The translations under genes were made by a program, and so were the position numbers. This document shows, one piece after another, positions 13,079 to 25,566 of a stretch of 64,000 nucleotides of DNA. The notes beneath the pieces are model-generated. The model searched no databases. It was not told the DNA's origin and saw only the letters and a list, made by a program, of their open reading frames with translations. The stretch's first letter is position 1. Each line of letters opens with the position of its first letter. The stretch comes from Chiloscyllium plagiosum (lineage: Eukaryota): assembly GCF_004010195.1 (NCBI RefSeq), contig NC_057720.1, positions 21,911,042 through 21,975,041 of the forward strand, read 5' to 3'.

Positions 13079-14439
13079 GTAAATATAAAGTCAAAGACAT
13101 CTCTAAGTCAGTCTTCAAATTTCACAAGAGATATCATATTAACATTTACATGTAATGGAAATCAATGCCAAATGTTTTTATTGCTGACTACTAACCTTGT
13201 GCTGATATAGATATTTTTGACCTACAGCATATTATTTTAATATTAGTGATGGATATAATTTTAATATATGCATAAAATTATCACCAAAGCATGAAACACA
13301 GACTGTCAACAATGTCATAAGACCAAATAAATTTTGAGCATGTGATTTTTGAGAATTTGGATTTTGTTACTGAAACAGGAGAATAGTGTATGGATAATCA
13401 AGGATTGCATGCATTATTTATGCTTTAACATTTCTCAGACGGACAGTGCACTTGTTATCCTCAATTAAGATCAAAAAATAGATTTGGTTATGAAATGTAT
13501 AACTTTTGGTGAAACATGGTTTATCAAGAAATCACTGCCAATGTTCCTAACTTCAGAATGGAACAACAGCACAACTATTTTAGCTCCAATTTTTGGGATC
13601 ACAACGTCACTAGAAAGCTCAGCTCCACAATCCCAGCCTTTAAAAATGATTGCCATTTCAGGTTTTTAGTTTGGGTGTGCACTCTCAATTAACAGCTAGT
13701 CATGGTGACACCGAAAGACCCAAGAAGCTGCCTGTCCTCAAAGTGGGCAGGGTTGAAAACCTGTCTGAGGTCTTTGGCACTCCATGCCATGTTCAAAGAT
13801 AAAGATTTAAATATAAAACATCTCTGCTTCTCTCATCCTCAGCTCCCCTCACTCTCTATGTCCCAACCATGCTGACCTCTGTTCCTCCACAACTCACCAT
13901 GATTCCCCTATATCTCCTCTGCCATCCTGTGCTCTTCTTTCATGGTGCCCTATATTCCAAATGCCTTTTAATGCCCTATGCCAACTCAGTGCCAACTTGT
14001 ATCCCATCAGCAGTCTATTGCCTTTCCCTTACTATTCTATTGGCTATATCAGTATTAAAAAATGCACTCTAACTGATGCAAAACAAACATCCAATATAAT
14101 GTATTTGTAAGAACAATTCCAATATGAAAATAGACATTTCATTTAAATGACATTCCACTTGTATGAACAAATTGACATGTGGATTATTCAGCAATAAAGA
14201 CATCATTGTGAAATTGATAGTTTAGGAAATCTATCATGCAGCACAAATCCTAAAGTGGTTTAAAATAGCCAAGCACTATTAAATACATGACAATGGTTTT
14301 TATTGAACTGGCACACTTTTGTAAGAGAATTTCTAAACAATGAAATTTTGCATTTTTTAGATGCAGCATGCCTTTTCTCAATTCCAGTGCATGTCTTCTG
14401 TCTTCTAAATGTTTAAAAACATTTCTCTAGCTCTCACAC

Positions 14440-15250
14440 AAACATATAATCAAGGAGGAAGAATAGAGTACTCAGCCTCTTAAGTCTACTCCACCAGCCA
14501 ATCAGATCACATCTGATTCGACTGTAATCTCAAATTCATGTTGCTTAGCCATCCATGATAGCCTTTCACCCCTCGCTTAATAAAAATCTATCTGAGTAAT
14601 ATTCAAGGACTCTGCATTTAGCACCAATTAAGGAACAGTGTTCCAAAGATTGGTGACTCTTTGAGAGAAAAAAATAAGCCTGACCTTTGTTTTAAATGGA
14701 CTTTGCTAAATTTTAAGCGGTGACCCCTAGTTCTAGATTCTCGATAAGAGAAAAATCCTCTGCATATCTAACCTGTTCCAAAACCCATCAGTATCTTAGG
14801 CATTTTAATAAAGTTATCTCTTACTCTCCTAAACTCCAATGTATACAATCATAGCTCGTCCAACCTTTCCTCATAAGGTAGCACATCTGTTCCTGATATT
14901 AGTCTGGTAAATTTTCTCTGAATTGCTTCCCTGCATTTATATCCTTCCTTAACTAAGGTGACCAATACTGTGCACAGTAATTCAGATGTAATCTCACCTG
15001 TGCTCTGTAGAAGTAAAGCTTAACATCAATACTTCTGTATTCAATAATGCTTGTGATAAATTATAGCATTCTATTAGCTTTACTAATTGCTTGCTCTTCC
15101 TGCATATTAACTTCAGTATAATTCATGCATTAGGGCACCCAGATCCCTCTGCATCTCAGAGCTCTGCAATCTTTCACCATTTATATAATATGCTTTTTTT
15201 TATTCTTCCTGTTAAACTGGACAATTTCACATTTTACACATTGTACTCCT
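14440..15250 (-). mobile_element. Old, diverged CR1-type LINE 3' region
   Basis: Degenerate reverse complement of the CR1 C-terminal region (cccctagttctagattc, aacctttcctcataag, tactgtgcacagta). Confidence 0.6.
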
Positions 15251-15554
15251 CATACCCTCTCCTCTATCTCATCCTCACACAGTCCCCAAGCCGTGCAAGA
15301 TAGCGCCCTTTCCCCAAGCAAATGAACCCACATGGCCTTATGCCAACTTAATGCCTTCTGCCATCAACTTTCCCTCCAAATTTTCATCCTCCTGAATAGA
15401 TTTCCAAGATGGCAGCAGCTTCCAAAAGTGAAAGTCACACAAGTGGTGTGACAATTGGTATGTATGTGGTTTCCCAGCAGCTGTGCAACCACACGGTTTA
15501 AAAACATGTTAACTTCCACCCAGCATCCTCTCTTCCTTCATCTACCATACCAAC

Positions 15555-15930
15555 CCTCAGTATCCTGAATGCGTGCAGCACCATCAGCACAAAGAGGCTC
15601 AATGCCATCAAGAATAACGCTGCCTGCTTGATTAGCACTCCATCTCACATCTTCAATGTTTACCCTCTCCAACAATGATGCACACTGGCAGCCATAAAGA
15701 CTATCTAAAAGATATTCTGTAACAATTTACCAAAGCTCCTTAGATAGCTCCTTAGAGATTCCAAACCCAGAATCTCTACTATTGATAAGGGCAGGGGCAG
15801 TAAATACATGGGAACTCCTTCACTAGCATTTTCACTTGGAGCCACATAGCGTCTGACTTTGAAATGTTGTTCCCCCTTCACAGTCAAGAGATCAATGTCT
15901 CAGAGCTCCCTCCTTCACACCACTAGAAAT
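15555..15930 (+). mobile_element. LINE family B 3' fragment
   Basis: Similar to 2190-2438 (tgcagcaccatcagcac..., atacatgggaac). Confidence 0.55.
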
Positions 15931-17239
15931 GCAATGTCTCCAGAAGAAAATTCCGGCATTTTTGCCACAACGGTAATGCTGTCTGACCTGGTGAAAATCA
16001 GGTCCTTTGCTGGGCAGACACAAGCCAAGTCATTGCAAAGAAACCATAAAGAAGTAAAAATATTAAAATGATCTTTGACAGACAAATGGTGATCTGGAAC
16101 TTTCAAAAAGCATTTAAGACCAATCAATACAGCACCTTTAAGTCACTCACATTCTGGATTTGGAGCTACGTTGCCATTCATTCAGTGTTACTGGGTCAAG
16201 GTTCCACAACTCCTGATGCCGACCTGCATGTCCACAGCATGCAGACCACACCTCACAGTGATTAACTTGCACAGTCATACTTGATGCACCCAAAAAGATT
16301 TCAGGCCCAATGTCTTTATTACAAATAAGAAGACTGTACTCAGATCTCCCGAAGTGGCCATGCCAAGGTCCTGTACAGCAGCATGAAAACCTCCTTACTT
16401 ATAGAGTCTAATCCCTTGCAATGAACACAGCAATCCATTTGTCTTCCTAATCACATGCTGAACCTGCATTTTGACATTTTATGATTCATGTACCAGGACA
16501 CCCAAATCCATCTGCAGTCCATCACCAATTAACCAATATATTGCTTTTCTCCTGCTAAAATGAACAAATTCACATTTTTCCCCCGTTATACTCCATCTGC
16601 TAATTTTTCCCCTTCTAATCTGTCTTTTTTTCACATTCTCTGGTCAGCAACAACTTATATTTTGACCGATCCAGGTGTCACTGGCAAATCTAGCTGCCAT
16701 ACGTTCGATCTCTTCATTCAAGTCATTGATACAGACTGTAAGTAGTTAAAGGTTCAACATTAGTTACTGTTCCTTAAAGGGTGGACATACAACCATCAAG
16801 GGAAATGATGAATGGAATTGCAAACAATGTTGTTGATTCCCTTTGCTGTGAATTCCTTTATTTTGATCATAATTGAGGTCGACTATATCAATAGAATGAA
16901 GGAACTGGCATCCACTAGCGTGGGCATTGGCTTTTTGGCTGCCTCCAGATCAAAAAAAATTGAACAAAATCCTGAACATTAGATTTTTTTGGCAGGGACT
17001 ATAAAAGTGGAAGATTAGCCCCTTTCCCACTTCTGCCCGAAAGTCACATTTTATAAGGTGCCCACTCACTGATCTCACAAACTCTATTTGTATTGGCATT
17101 ATGGATAACATTGTGGATTGTGCTCAATGTAATTTGATGCCACACAATAAAAACATTTCTTTTTACTTCTCTGTAATTCTGATTGTGGGCCAAAATTAAA
17201 AACTATGGATCATTGAAGGATTACTGGAGTTTTTAACAG

Positions 17240-17995
17240 CAAGGTGGAGTTTAATTTAGATAAATATGAGCTGCTGCATTTTGGAAAAGCAAATCAGAGC
17301 AGGATTTATACACTTAATAGTAGGTCCTGGGGAGTGTTGCTGAACAAAGAGACCTTGGAGTGCAGGTTCATAGCTCGTTGAAAGTGAAGTTGCAGGTAGA
17401 TAGGATAGTGAAGAAGGTGTTTGGTATGTTTTCCTTTAATGGTCAGGATATTGAGTACTGGAGTTGGGAGGTCATGTTGGGGCTGTACAGGACATTGGTT
17501 AGGCGACTGTTGGAATATTGTGTGCAATTCAGGTCTCCTTCCTATCAGAAAGATGTTGTGAAATTTGAAAGGGTTCAGAAAATATTTACAAGGATATTTT
17601 GAGCTACAGGGAGAGGCTGAATAGGCTGGGGCTATTTCCCCAGGAGCTTTGGAGGCTGAGGGGTGACATTATAGAGGTTTATAAAATGATGTGGGGCATG
17701 GTTAGGGTAAATAGACAAAATCTTTTCCCTGGGGTGGAGGAGTACAGAACTAGAGGGCATAGGTTTAGGGTGAGAGTGGAAAGATATAAAAGGGACCTGA
17801 ATGAGCTGCCAGAGGAAGTAGTGGAGGCTGGTACAATTGCAGCATTTAAAAGACATCTGAATAGGAAGGGTTTAAAGGAATATGGCCCAAGTGCTGGCAA
17901 ATGGGACTAGATTGGTTTGGGATGTCTGGTTCGCGCAGACAAGTTGGACTAAAGGGTCTGTTTCAGTGCCATCTCTATGACTCCAAGACTCTAAG
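17240..17995 (+). mobile_element. CR1-type LINE 3' portion (family A)
   Basis: VHSSLKVKLQVDRIVKK, LLEYCVQF, LRGDIIEVYK; tatgactc tail. Confidence 0.92.
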
Positions 17996-18880
17996 TAACT
18001 TACACTCATTGTAAGCACAGTTTGCATGGCTGCTAGATCAAACAGAAGTAAGAGAAGGTACAGGTGAAGGCACACATGGAAATTTAATTGACAAGTAGCT
18101 GATTGGTCAGTGAACTATTAACAGATATTGATTTCAAAGGCTTCCTGCCTACCAATAACTATATGATTGGTTCTCAGGTAGATAAACAGCTTTGGAGCTA
18201 TGAACAAGATAGGCAGAAGCCATCAGACCTTCACCAGCTCAGAATGTCTGTTCTTTCCAATAAAATCTATTGTAAGTTTGAAAAAAGCCAGTTTACTTTT
18301 CTTTTGGAAGTTGCTGTAACTTTTAATGAGTAAGTCAGAGACCTTCTATAAGTGTGAACCAGCCACTTCAGCAAATCATTGAAAGCATCCAAAGAAGAAC
18401 GATTGAGAAGCTGGGTTCTGATCTGCACAAGAACCATCTCAGCCGATCCTGCGAATAAACATTACTGAACCACTTTCCCAGATGTTGCTCTGTCTATAAT
18501 AGTTTTTTCTGCCTGTATGTATGTGCAAAGGGGAGTTCATAATGAGGTTAGAGTTTTATCCAGTACATTTATATGCTGAGGGTTTATAACTGTTTATCTG
18601 GAGTTAACCTTTTTTTTAATTGGAATAAATAGTAATTCTTATTAATTACAGAAACCTGGTCTATGTTTTCTGCCAATCTGGGTCTTAAAAATGTACTTTG
18701 GAAATTTTGTGTACTTTTATGAAACCTTTAACTTTTGTGATGACTCTGGAAATGAAATATTATTATCTTGATTTCCAACATGCTACCCCAGTGAGGCATA
18801 GCAAACCATCAAATTTATCTTTGTGAACAAAATAAAACATTATTCTCCAAAAATTCCTGGAAGATTCCTGTGGGAGATGA

Positions 18881-20013
18881 TGTGATAACCTTCACTAATA
18901 ATTTATGAAGAGACATTCAGTGATAATCTTCACTACACCCGACTGTCCATTACTTTTGAGTACTTTTGACCAGACAGCAAATGCCTCCTCTGTTAGCCTG
19001 AAATGTTGTATATGCTTCTTACCTGCTGTGCCCAGACAGCTGACACTGTTTATCCTGATGTATTTGCTGCTGCAATTTGTGTGTCTTTTAAGAACGCTAC
19101 ACTCTATGGCCTCCTCTGCCAGACTCCTGTGCGATGGAACCTCTGGTTTCCAAGCCAGTGCTTTTTGAGACAGACCCGAATGGAAAAGGGAAACTGAGAA
19201 ACGAAACTGACACTATGCCGGTTTTAAGGAAGCTAAAAAACGAGACTGTGATTAGAAACCAAAACTTGCGGGACACTGCGATTGGTTGAAAGCACGTGAA
19301 AGGACACAGAGCCGTCAACAGCTAAAATGCTGATCCCAGTGGAGCAGTAATGGCAGGGCGGAAGAAAATGGAGACTAGGCCCAAAAGCTGAAGAAAGACA
19401 AATATATGGATGCTGCACAAATAAATATATATAGATGTTTTTATTACTTGAAAATAACATTGATGGATTTCTGCTGTCAAGCCCGTCATAAGGAGAATTG
19501 AGGAGGCCCTGCAGACATGGACCATTTTTGGTGAAGACTGTCCCATGGATCTTGAAGTGATTGTGTGTGGATGCTGGCTGGTGAGGGCTAAATCTTCAAA
19601 AACTGGGAGCTGAAATTCTTCACGAGGAAGGCAGAATTTTGAAGGATTTTATAACTGAGATTGAGAATATATATGCTGAGAAGACCACCAAATCAATTTG
19701 TAAGTTCTTTCTTAGTTGTATCTCTCATTTAATGTGCAATTTATAGTTTATTATTGACCATAATTTGCTTGTTGGTATGTGTCTAAATTGTGTTGGTTTT
19801 GAGTTTTAGAGTATTGATAGTTATCCAAGATAGTATTTAGTGTTTTCGTTGTTTGACTCTTGTATAGTAAATGATTTTTTTTAAAGAAACCTTGAAATTA
19901 GCTCCTTTACAGAAAAAAACTAAAAATCCCAGTTTTTTTCAGTAAAAAAAAACTGGGATTTTAGGGTATTTTTCTGTAAAGGAGAGAGAATGGAATTGAC
20001 TAAGATCATGACA
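18881..20013. mobile_element. Possible solo LTR (left boundary uncertain)
   Basis: TGTGAT...ATCATGACA termini resemble the LTR at 37056-37680; no TSD confirmed. Confidence 0.3.
19902..19984. repeat. Local inverted repeat (about 39-bp arms, short loop)
   Basis: ctcctttacagaaaaa...aaaatcccagttttttt / aaaaaaactgggatttt...tttttctgtaaaggag. Confidence 0.85.
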
Positions 20014-20479
20014 CCCTTCAATGCCCACTGCATTTGTACTTGGCCAGAAAACCACACACATCCTGATGGTCACAAAGCTTTAAAACACGATCTTTGTAAA
20101 GTTTTGTAACTTCAGTAGTGATTAGCAGTTTAGTATTGTCTTATGATTTAACATTGTAGCTGCACAGGTTCATTGTTATAACTGACATCATACAAGGCCC
20201 CAAAACAAATATTAGCTATCCTTTATCTCTTTTTGCTGCATTTGTTTTAACAATGCTCAAATGAACATGATGAACCACCTTTTTTGCACTTTCTCATGAA
20301 ATTACATAATTTTAGAAGACAGGATGGTGACGCTTTGGGTTTTACAATTCACAAGAGTGTAAAACAGGTTTGGTTTACAATGCAGTTATCTGTCAAGCTG
20401 TTTTATTAGCTTTTATCACAACAGAGAAGTTCATCCACTTTCCTTTTGCTTCTTTGTAATTATGGATGTGCACTGCTGT

Positions 20480-20493
20480 GTAGCTATAGCAAC
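20480..20493. promoter_or_regulatory. RFX X-box-like motif
   Basis: GTAGCTATAGCAAC resembles the X-box palindrome GTTGCCATGGCAAC; lies in a repeat-poor tract. Confidence 0.25.
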
Positions 20494-21033
20494 AGGTTAC
20501 TGTTGTTTTGTTTTAAAAAATGTCACCTAGTTACCCTTCAGTCATCCATAATCTGAACAAATGGCCAACCTTAGTTCTTCACTGCCTCTGCTTCACTGAT
20601 AAGTGAAAAAGAATGAGAAAAATCTTCACATTTTAAAATGTTAGATATTAGCTTAATACCATTTAACCCATGTATGCCTCCTGAGGTGAGGTATTGTTAA
20701 CAGGCAGTTGATTTTCAACAGCCTTTACTTCTCACCTTGGAATATTTGCGAACTGAATCAATATTACAAATTATAATAATAACAGAAGTGCTATCTTTAG
20801 GACCATTGCCACAAATCAAAAATAAATGCTAATATCCCATGTGGAGTATAAGACTTTTACTTGAGTACTATCCAGCCACTGTGTTCCTTTTAGTCAGCTG
20901 CATAGAATTCTTACAACCGTAATGGTGCATAATTGTTAATTATTGATGAATGTGTGAACAGCACATAATCATTGTAAACTGGTAATGAGGCATGTGGTGG
21001 ACATAGCAACAAGATGCCCCTGGATAATATAAT

Positions 21034-21262
21034 AGATAAAAACAATGAGTGCTGATGCTGGAAATCAAAGTCTAGATTAGAGTGGTGCTGGAAAAGCACA
21101 GCAGTTCAGGCAGCATCCGAGGAGCAGGAAAATCAATGTTTCGGGCAAAAGCCCTTCATCAGGAATACAGGCAGAGAGCCTGAAGGGTGGAGAGACAAGT
21201 GAGAGGAGGGTGGGGGTGGGGAGAAAGTAGCATAGAGTACAATAGGTGAATGGGGGAGGGGA
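21034..21262 (-). mobile_element. 5'-truncated PLE pseudo-LTR (P1) with hammerhead core at 21131-21166
   Basis: Near-identical to 26887-27072. Candidate TSD aatataat at 21026-21033 and 21263-21270. Minus strand CUGAUGA A GGGC UUUU GCCC GAAAC AUU. Confidence 0.85.
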
Positions 21263-22804
21263 AATATAATGTCTGGTCTGGATTCTTACATTGGAAATTT
21301 ATTTACTTGATTCCACTGTAATGAGAAGGCACTGAGACCACTGAGAATGGTGAGTTGAGGTGGGGGACATAGGGGAGAAGGACGGGGGAAGAATCCTTGC
21401 TATGATCAGGCATTTATCAGCTCAATAAGTAATATGGATTCCCGGACCCTTGTAACGTAATATGATTCGCACAAGACTAATAAATGACTGCAGTATTAAT
21501 ACCAGAATAATGTACATTACTGACTGATTGCTACTCCTTTTGTGTAAATTCTACAGTCAAATGCAGCTTTAAAATATTGTTAAAATAGAATTGAAACTTT
21601 ACAAAATTCTGTATTTAATAAATTTTGGAACAAAACCACTTGTATGAATAATTAAGAAAATGGTTTACTCTAGATCTCTGGGGTCTACCATCTAAAGAAG
21701 ATTGCCCTCAAATTGTGACAGATTGCAACAGTCACTGAGTGATATACTCAGTTTGTTCCACGATGAGTGTGTAAGAATCCACCATCTGCATCTGTGAGGA
21801 TGTGATTTGGTCCTTGTTCAGCATCTCAAAACCTTGAACATGTTGTCAGAATTAGGTCCTTTCATAAATACTCAGAAAGTGGCAGTGTAGACCTTTAGCT
21901 GCACTATTGTATTTTCTACAGGCAGGCTTGCAGAAAGATTTTCAACAACATGAGGCTGCCTTGCTCAATCTTGCTCCCATTATTGGGTCTGTCATCTATC
22001 AATGTGAAAAGGAGGGCGAGAGGAGAGACAACTTGGAGCAGAGAGTAGATGTCTGTCCTCTCTATTTCCAGGTAGCTCCATTTCCAGCATTGTCTCTTCA
22101 TTGAACCAGGGCGTGAACACAGGTGAGATCAGGACATTCTCACAGCAGCAGGTTATAGCCTGGAGCTGACCCAGTTGGTATATGAACTCATAGATTGGGA
22201 GCCATTTCTGATGTCAAAACTTGATTCAAACACACAGCTGCCATCCACCTAGTGTTCTTGCATTGACTGACGAATCACTTAGATGAAGCACCAGACTAGT
22301 TATTCATACACATAGATCATCCACTGCCAGACTGAGAAACACCTCAGTTGAAAGGGCAAGGTTAATAATATCTTTTGGCTATCTGCACAATCAATTTGTT
22401 GTCCGGAGATTGTGTGTTGTGCAAAGATTTTGCCAGGAGTTTATTAGCGATTGGAATAGTAATGATGGCATCAAGTGGATGGATTCAATGTTAGGTTTTC
22501 CAGGAATGTTTTGTTGCAGAAGAAGAGTATTAAGGGACAAGGTATAAGGGTGGTGGTGGAATTGGAGTTGAGGTGTGATACTGACTGACATGGTCAAGAA
22601 TTTCAAGGTTAATGGATCTTGAGCTGCTTCAGTCAATAGAACTCCAACTGCCATCTTTCTGAAATCTTGATACTCTATTTGTCCAATCCATTCTCCTCTA
22701 TCTATACATCCCTGTCAATGGCTAAGTTACACAGCACACAGCAAGTCATTATCATCCTAGCTAGCTTCCCAGATTAAAATACAGAATGATTTTTAAAAAA
22801 AAAT

Positions 22805-23765
22805 CACTCATAGCTGTCCAGCAATTATTGCCTGTCCGTAATTGCCCTTGAGTAATTGATGGTTCAGTTCTATTGATGAGCTGCCTTCATAAACCACAGC
22901 AGTCCATGTACTATGGATTGACTCACAGCATCCTAAGGGAGGAAATTCCAGGATTTTGACATAGAGACAGTGAAGGAACAGTGATGTATTTCCAAGTTAG
23001 GATGGTGATTGGCTTGGAGGGGAACTTAAAGGTGGTAGTGTTCCTACGTATCTGCTGCATTTGTGCTTTTAGATGGAAGTGGTCATAGGTTTGGAAGGTG
23101 CTTTCTGAGGATCTTTGTTGAATTTCTGCAGTGCATCTTGTAAATAGTACACACTGCTGCTACTGAGTATTGTTGTTGGAGAGAATGAATGCTTGTGGAT
23201 GTAGTGCCAATCAAGTGGGCTGCTTTGTCCTGAGTGGTGTCAAGCTTCTTGGGTATTATTGGAGCTAAACTTGTCCATGTAAGTGGGGAGTATTCCATCA
23301 CACTCCTGTCTTGTGCCTTGTAGATGATGGACTGGCTTTGGGGAGTCGGAAGGTGAGTTACTTGCGACAGTATTCCTAGCCTCTCACTTGCTCTTATAGC
23401 CACTTCTGTTTATATGGCAAGTTCATTTGAGTTTTGGGTCAATGATAGTCCCAGGATGTTGATAATGGGAGATTCAGGGATGGTAACATCATTGAATGTC
23501 AAGCTGTGGTAGTTAGTTTGTCTCTTACTAGAGATGGTCATTGCCTGCCATCTGTATAGCACAAATGTTACTTGCCACTTATCAGTCCAAGCTTGGATAT
23601 TGTTCAGATCTTTTGTTGCATTAGAAAATGGACTGCTTCAGTACCTGAGGAGTCATGAATGATGCTGAACGTTGTACAATCATTGTTGAACACCCCCACT
23701 TCTGGTCTTATGATGGAGGGAGGGCCATTGATGAAGCAGCTGAAGATGTTTGGGCCTAGAATCCT
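22805..23765 (-). mobile_element. LINE family B, RT C-terminal half and 3' end
   Basis: LGPNIFSCFIN; IYKAQDRSVMEYSPL; KKLDTTQDKAAHLIG. Confidence 0.85.
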
Positions 23766-24754
23766 TGCTTCAGAATGCCAGTGTTGTCCTCCATGGTCAC
23801 TCTGGATGGATTTATTATATATTTGCTCCATTAACCATGATGACTGTGTTAACCCAGTCCACATATTAAGCAGGCTTTCAACTCTGTCCTATATTAAAAC
23901 AAGAATGCCATAGTGATTGAATGAAGATTAAAGAAGTCAGGGAGTTTAGGATTTTCATGAAGGATTTGGCTGATGATCACACAATAACACTATATTGATG
24001 CTTTAATATCCATATATTATTATTATTATTCCCTTTACTTTGCATGAAGGCCATTCAAAGTGTCTTAGAGTCATAGAGATGTAGAGCATCGAAACAGACC
24101 CTTCAGTCCAACTCATCCATGCTGACCAGACAGGCAAAGGGAAATTAGGAAGCTATTGTGCCACTTGAGACTGTTCTCCTATATAATTAAATAATGGCTG
24201 GTCTGTGAATTACTTATGGCCTGGCCTTTGTCTGATTAATATTTCTTAAAATCTTTCATTAGCAGGAAATTTTCAATGTCAATTTACCCAGCACCAGTTG
24301 CCATTTGCAGAAGTGAGTTTTGGTTTCTTACAACCCGTTGTGTATGGTTAGAAGTGATTACTAATTTCCCTTCTGAAAGGCTTTGTTACTCAAATAACAG
24401 AAATTGTTTTATTTTACCCAGTCAGTTCCCCTTAATATCTTTAAAAAATGGATGAATCATTTACCTTCTAAATTCCAGAGAATACTTACTGAATTTAAAT
24501 AATTTCACCTCATTGTGTAAACCTTTGCAGGCCAGACACCATTCAAGTGTACACACTATATTTATTCCAATTCATCTTTCCCACATTATGGTTCCCAATG
24601 ACCACTACTCCAATTTTCTGTTCAAGTACTGGCTGCAAAGTAATTTGGTAAAGGATTGAGCTATCATTTTAAATACATGAGCAATGAGGCAGCACCAGAG
24701 GCTGAGAACATTCTGGATGTCCTGAGAAGCCAGAGGCCTGTCTGATTCTAATCC

Positions 24755-24954
24755 TGATTTGGAGATGCTGGTGTTCGACTGGCATGGACAAAGTTAAAAA
24801 TCACACAACACCAGGTTATAGTCCAACAGATTTTTTTGGAAGCACTAGCTTTCGAGGCGCTGCCTATTCATCACCTGATGAGGAGGCAGCACCTCGAAAA
24901 CTAGTGCTTCCAAATAAACCTGTTGGTCTATAACCTGGTGTTGTTGATTTTTAA
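24755..24954. mobile_element. Fold-back element (family P2) with head-to-head hammerhead cores
   Basis: Arms of about 80 bp inverted around tcatcacctgatga. TSD ctgattctaatcc (24742-24754) and ctgatcctaatcc (24955-24967). Confidence 0.8.
24872..24906 (+). ncRNA. Minimal hammerhead-like motif (P2)
   Basis: CAC CUGAUGA G GAGG CAGCA CCUC GAAAA CUA GUG: stem I CAC/GUG, stem II GAGG/CCUC, CUA triplet. Confidence 0.6.
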
Positions 24955-25254
24955 CTGATCCTAATCCAGCACCTTGGAAAATCCTGAAGGTGTTGTTAGT
25001 CAAAGACACATGGTTACTGCTCTACAAGATGCTGAAGAACGGGTCTCACAAGTAAGGTATCCCTTCCTTCATGGATACTATAATAAATAGATTTAATTGA
25101 ACTTTGTTTCTGGTCACCATTTGAAACCTCAATGACATAGATATAAAGTTCCATGCTTATTTTCAGCAGCATAGACTTAAGTGCGTATTGGAGATTCAGG
25201 TCCTTTGTTAGCAGGTGACCACCAGAGTATTGTTTCAAAAATGTCCATCAAGTG

Positions 25255-25566
25255 GGCGGCACGGTGGTACAGTGGTTAGCACTGCTGCCTCACAGCGCCA
25301 GAGACCCGGGTTCAATTCCCGCCTCAGGCGACTGACTGTGTGGAGTTTGCACGTTCTCTCCGTGTCTGCGTGGGTTTCCTCCGGGTACTCCGGTTTCCTC
25401 CCACAGTCCAAAGATGTGCAGGGTCAGGTGAATTGGCCATGCTAAATTGCCCGTAGTGTTAGGTAAGGGGTAAATGTAGGGGTATGGGTGGGTTGCGCTT
25501 CGGCGGGTCGGTGTGGACTTGTTGGGCCGAAAGGCCTGTTTCCACACTGTAAGTAATCTAATCTAA
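25255..25566 (+). mobile_element. Full-length, young HE1-type SINE
   Basis: tRNA head (ggtggtacagtggttagc; gggttcaattccc), V-SINE core, CR1-like tail with taatc repeats; CpGs retained. Confidence 0.95.

Noticed and set aside
18010..18803. Another solo LTR
   Set aside because: LTR-like composition and ending, but I could not establish termini or a TSD.
25255..25330. tRNA gene
   Set aside because: It is the tRNA-derived head of an HE1 SINE, continuous with the SINE core.
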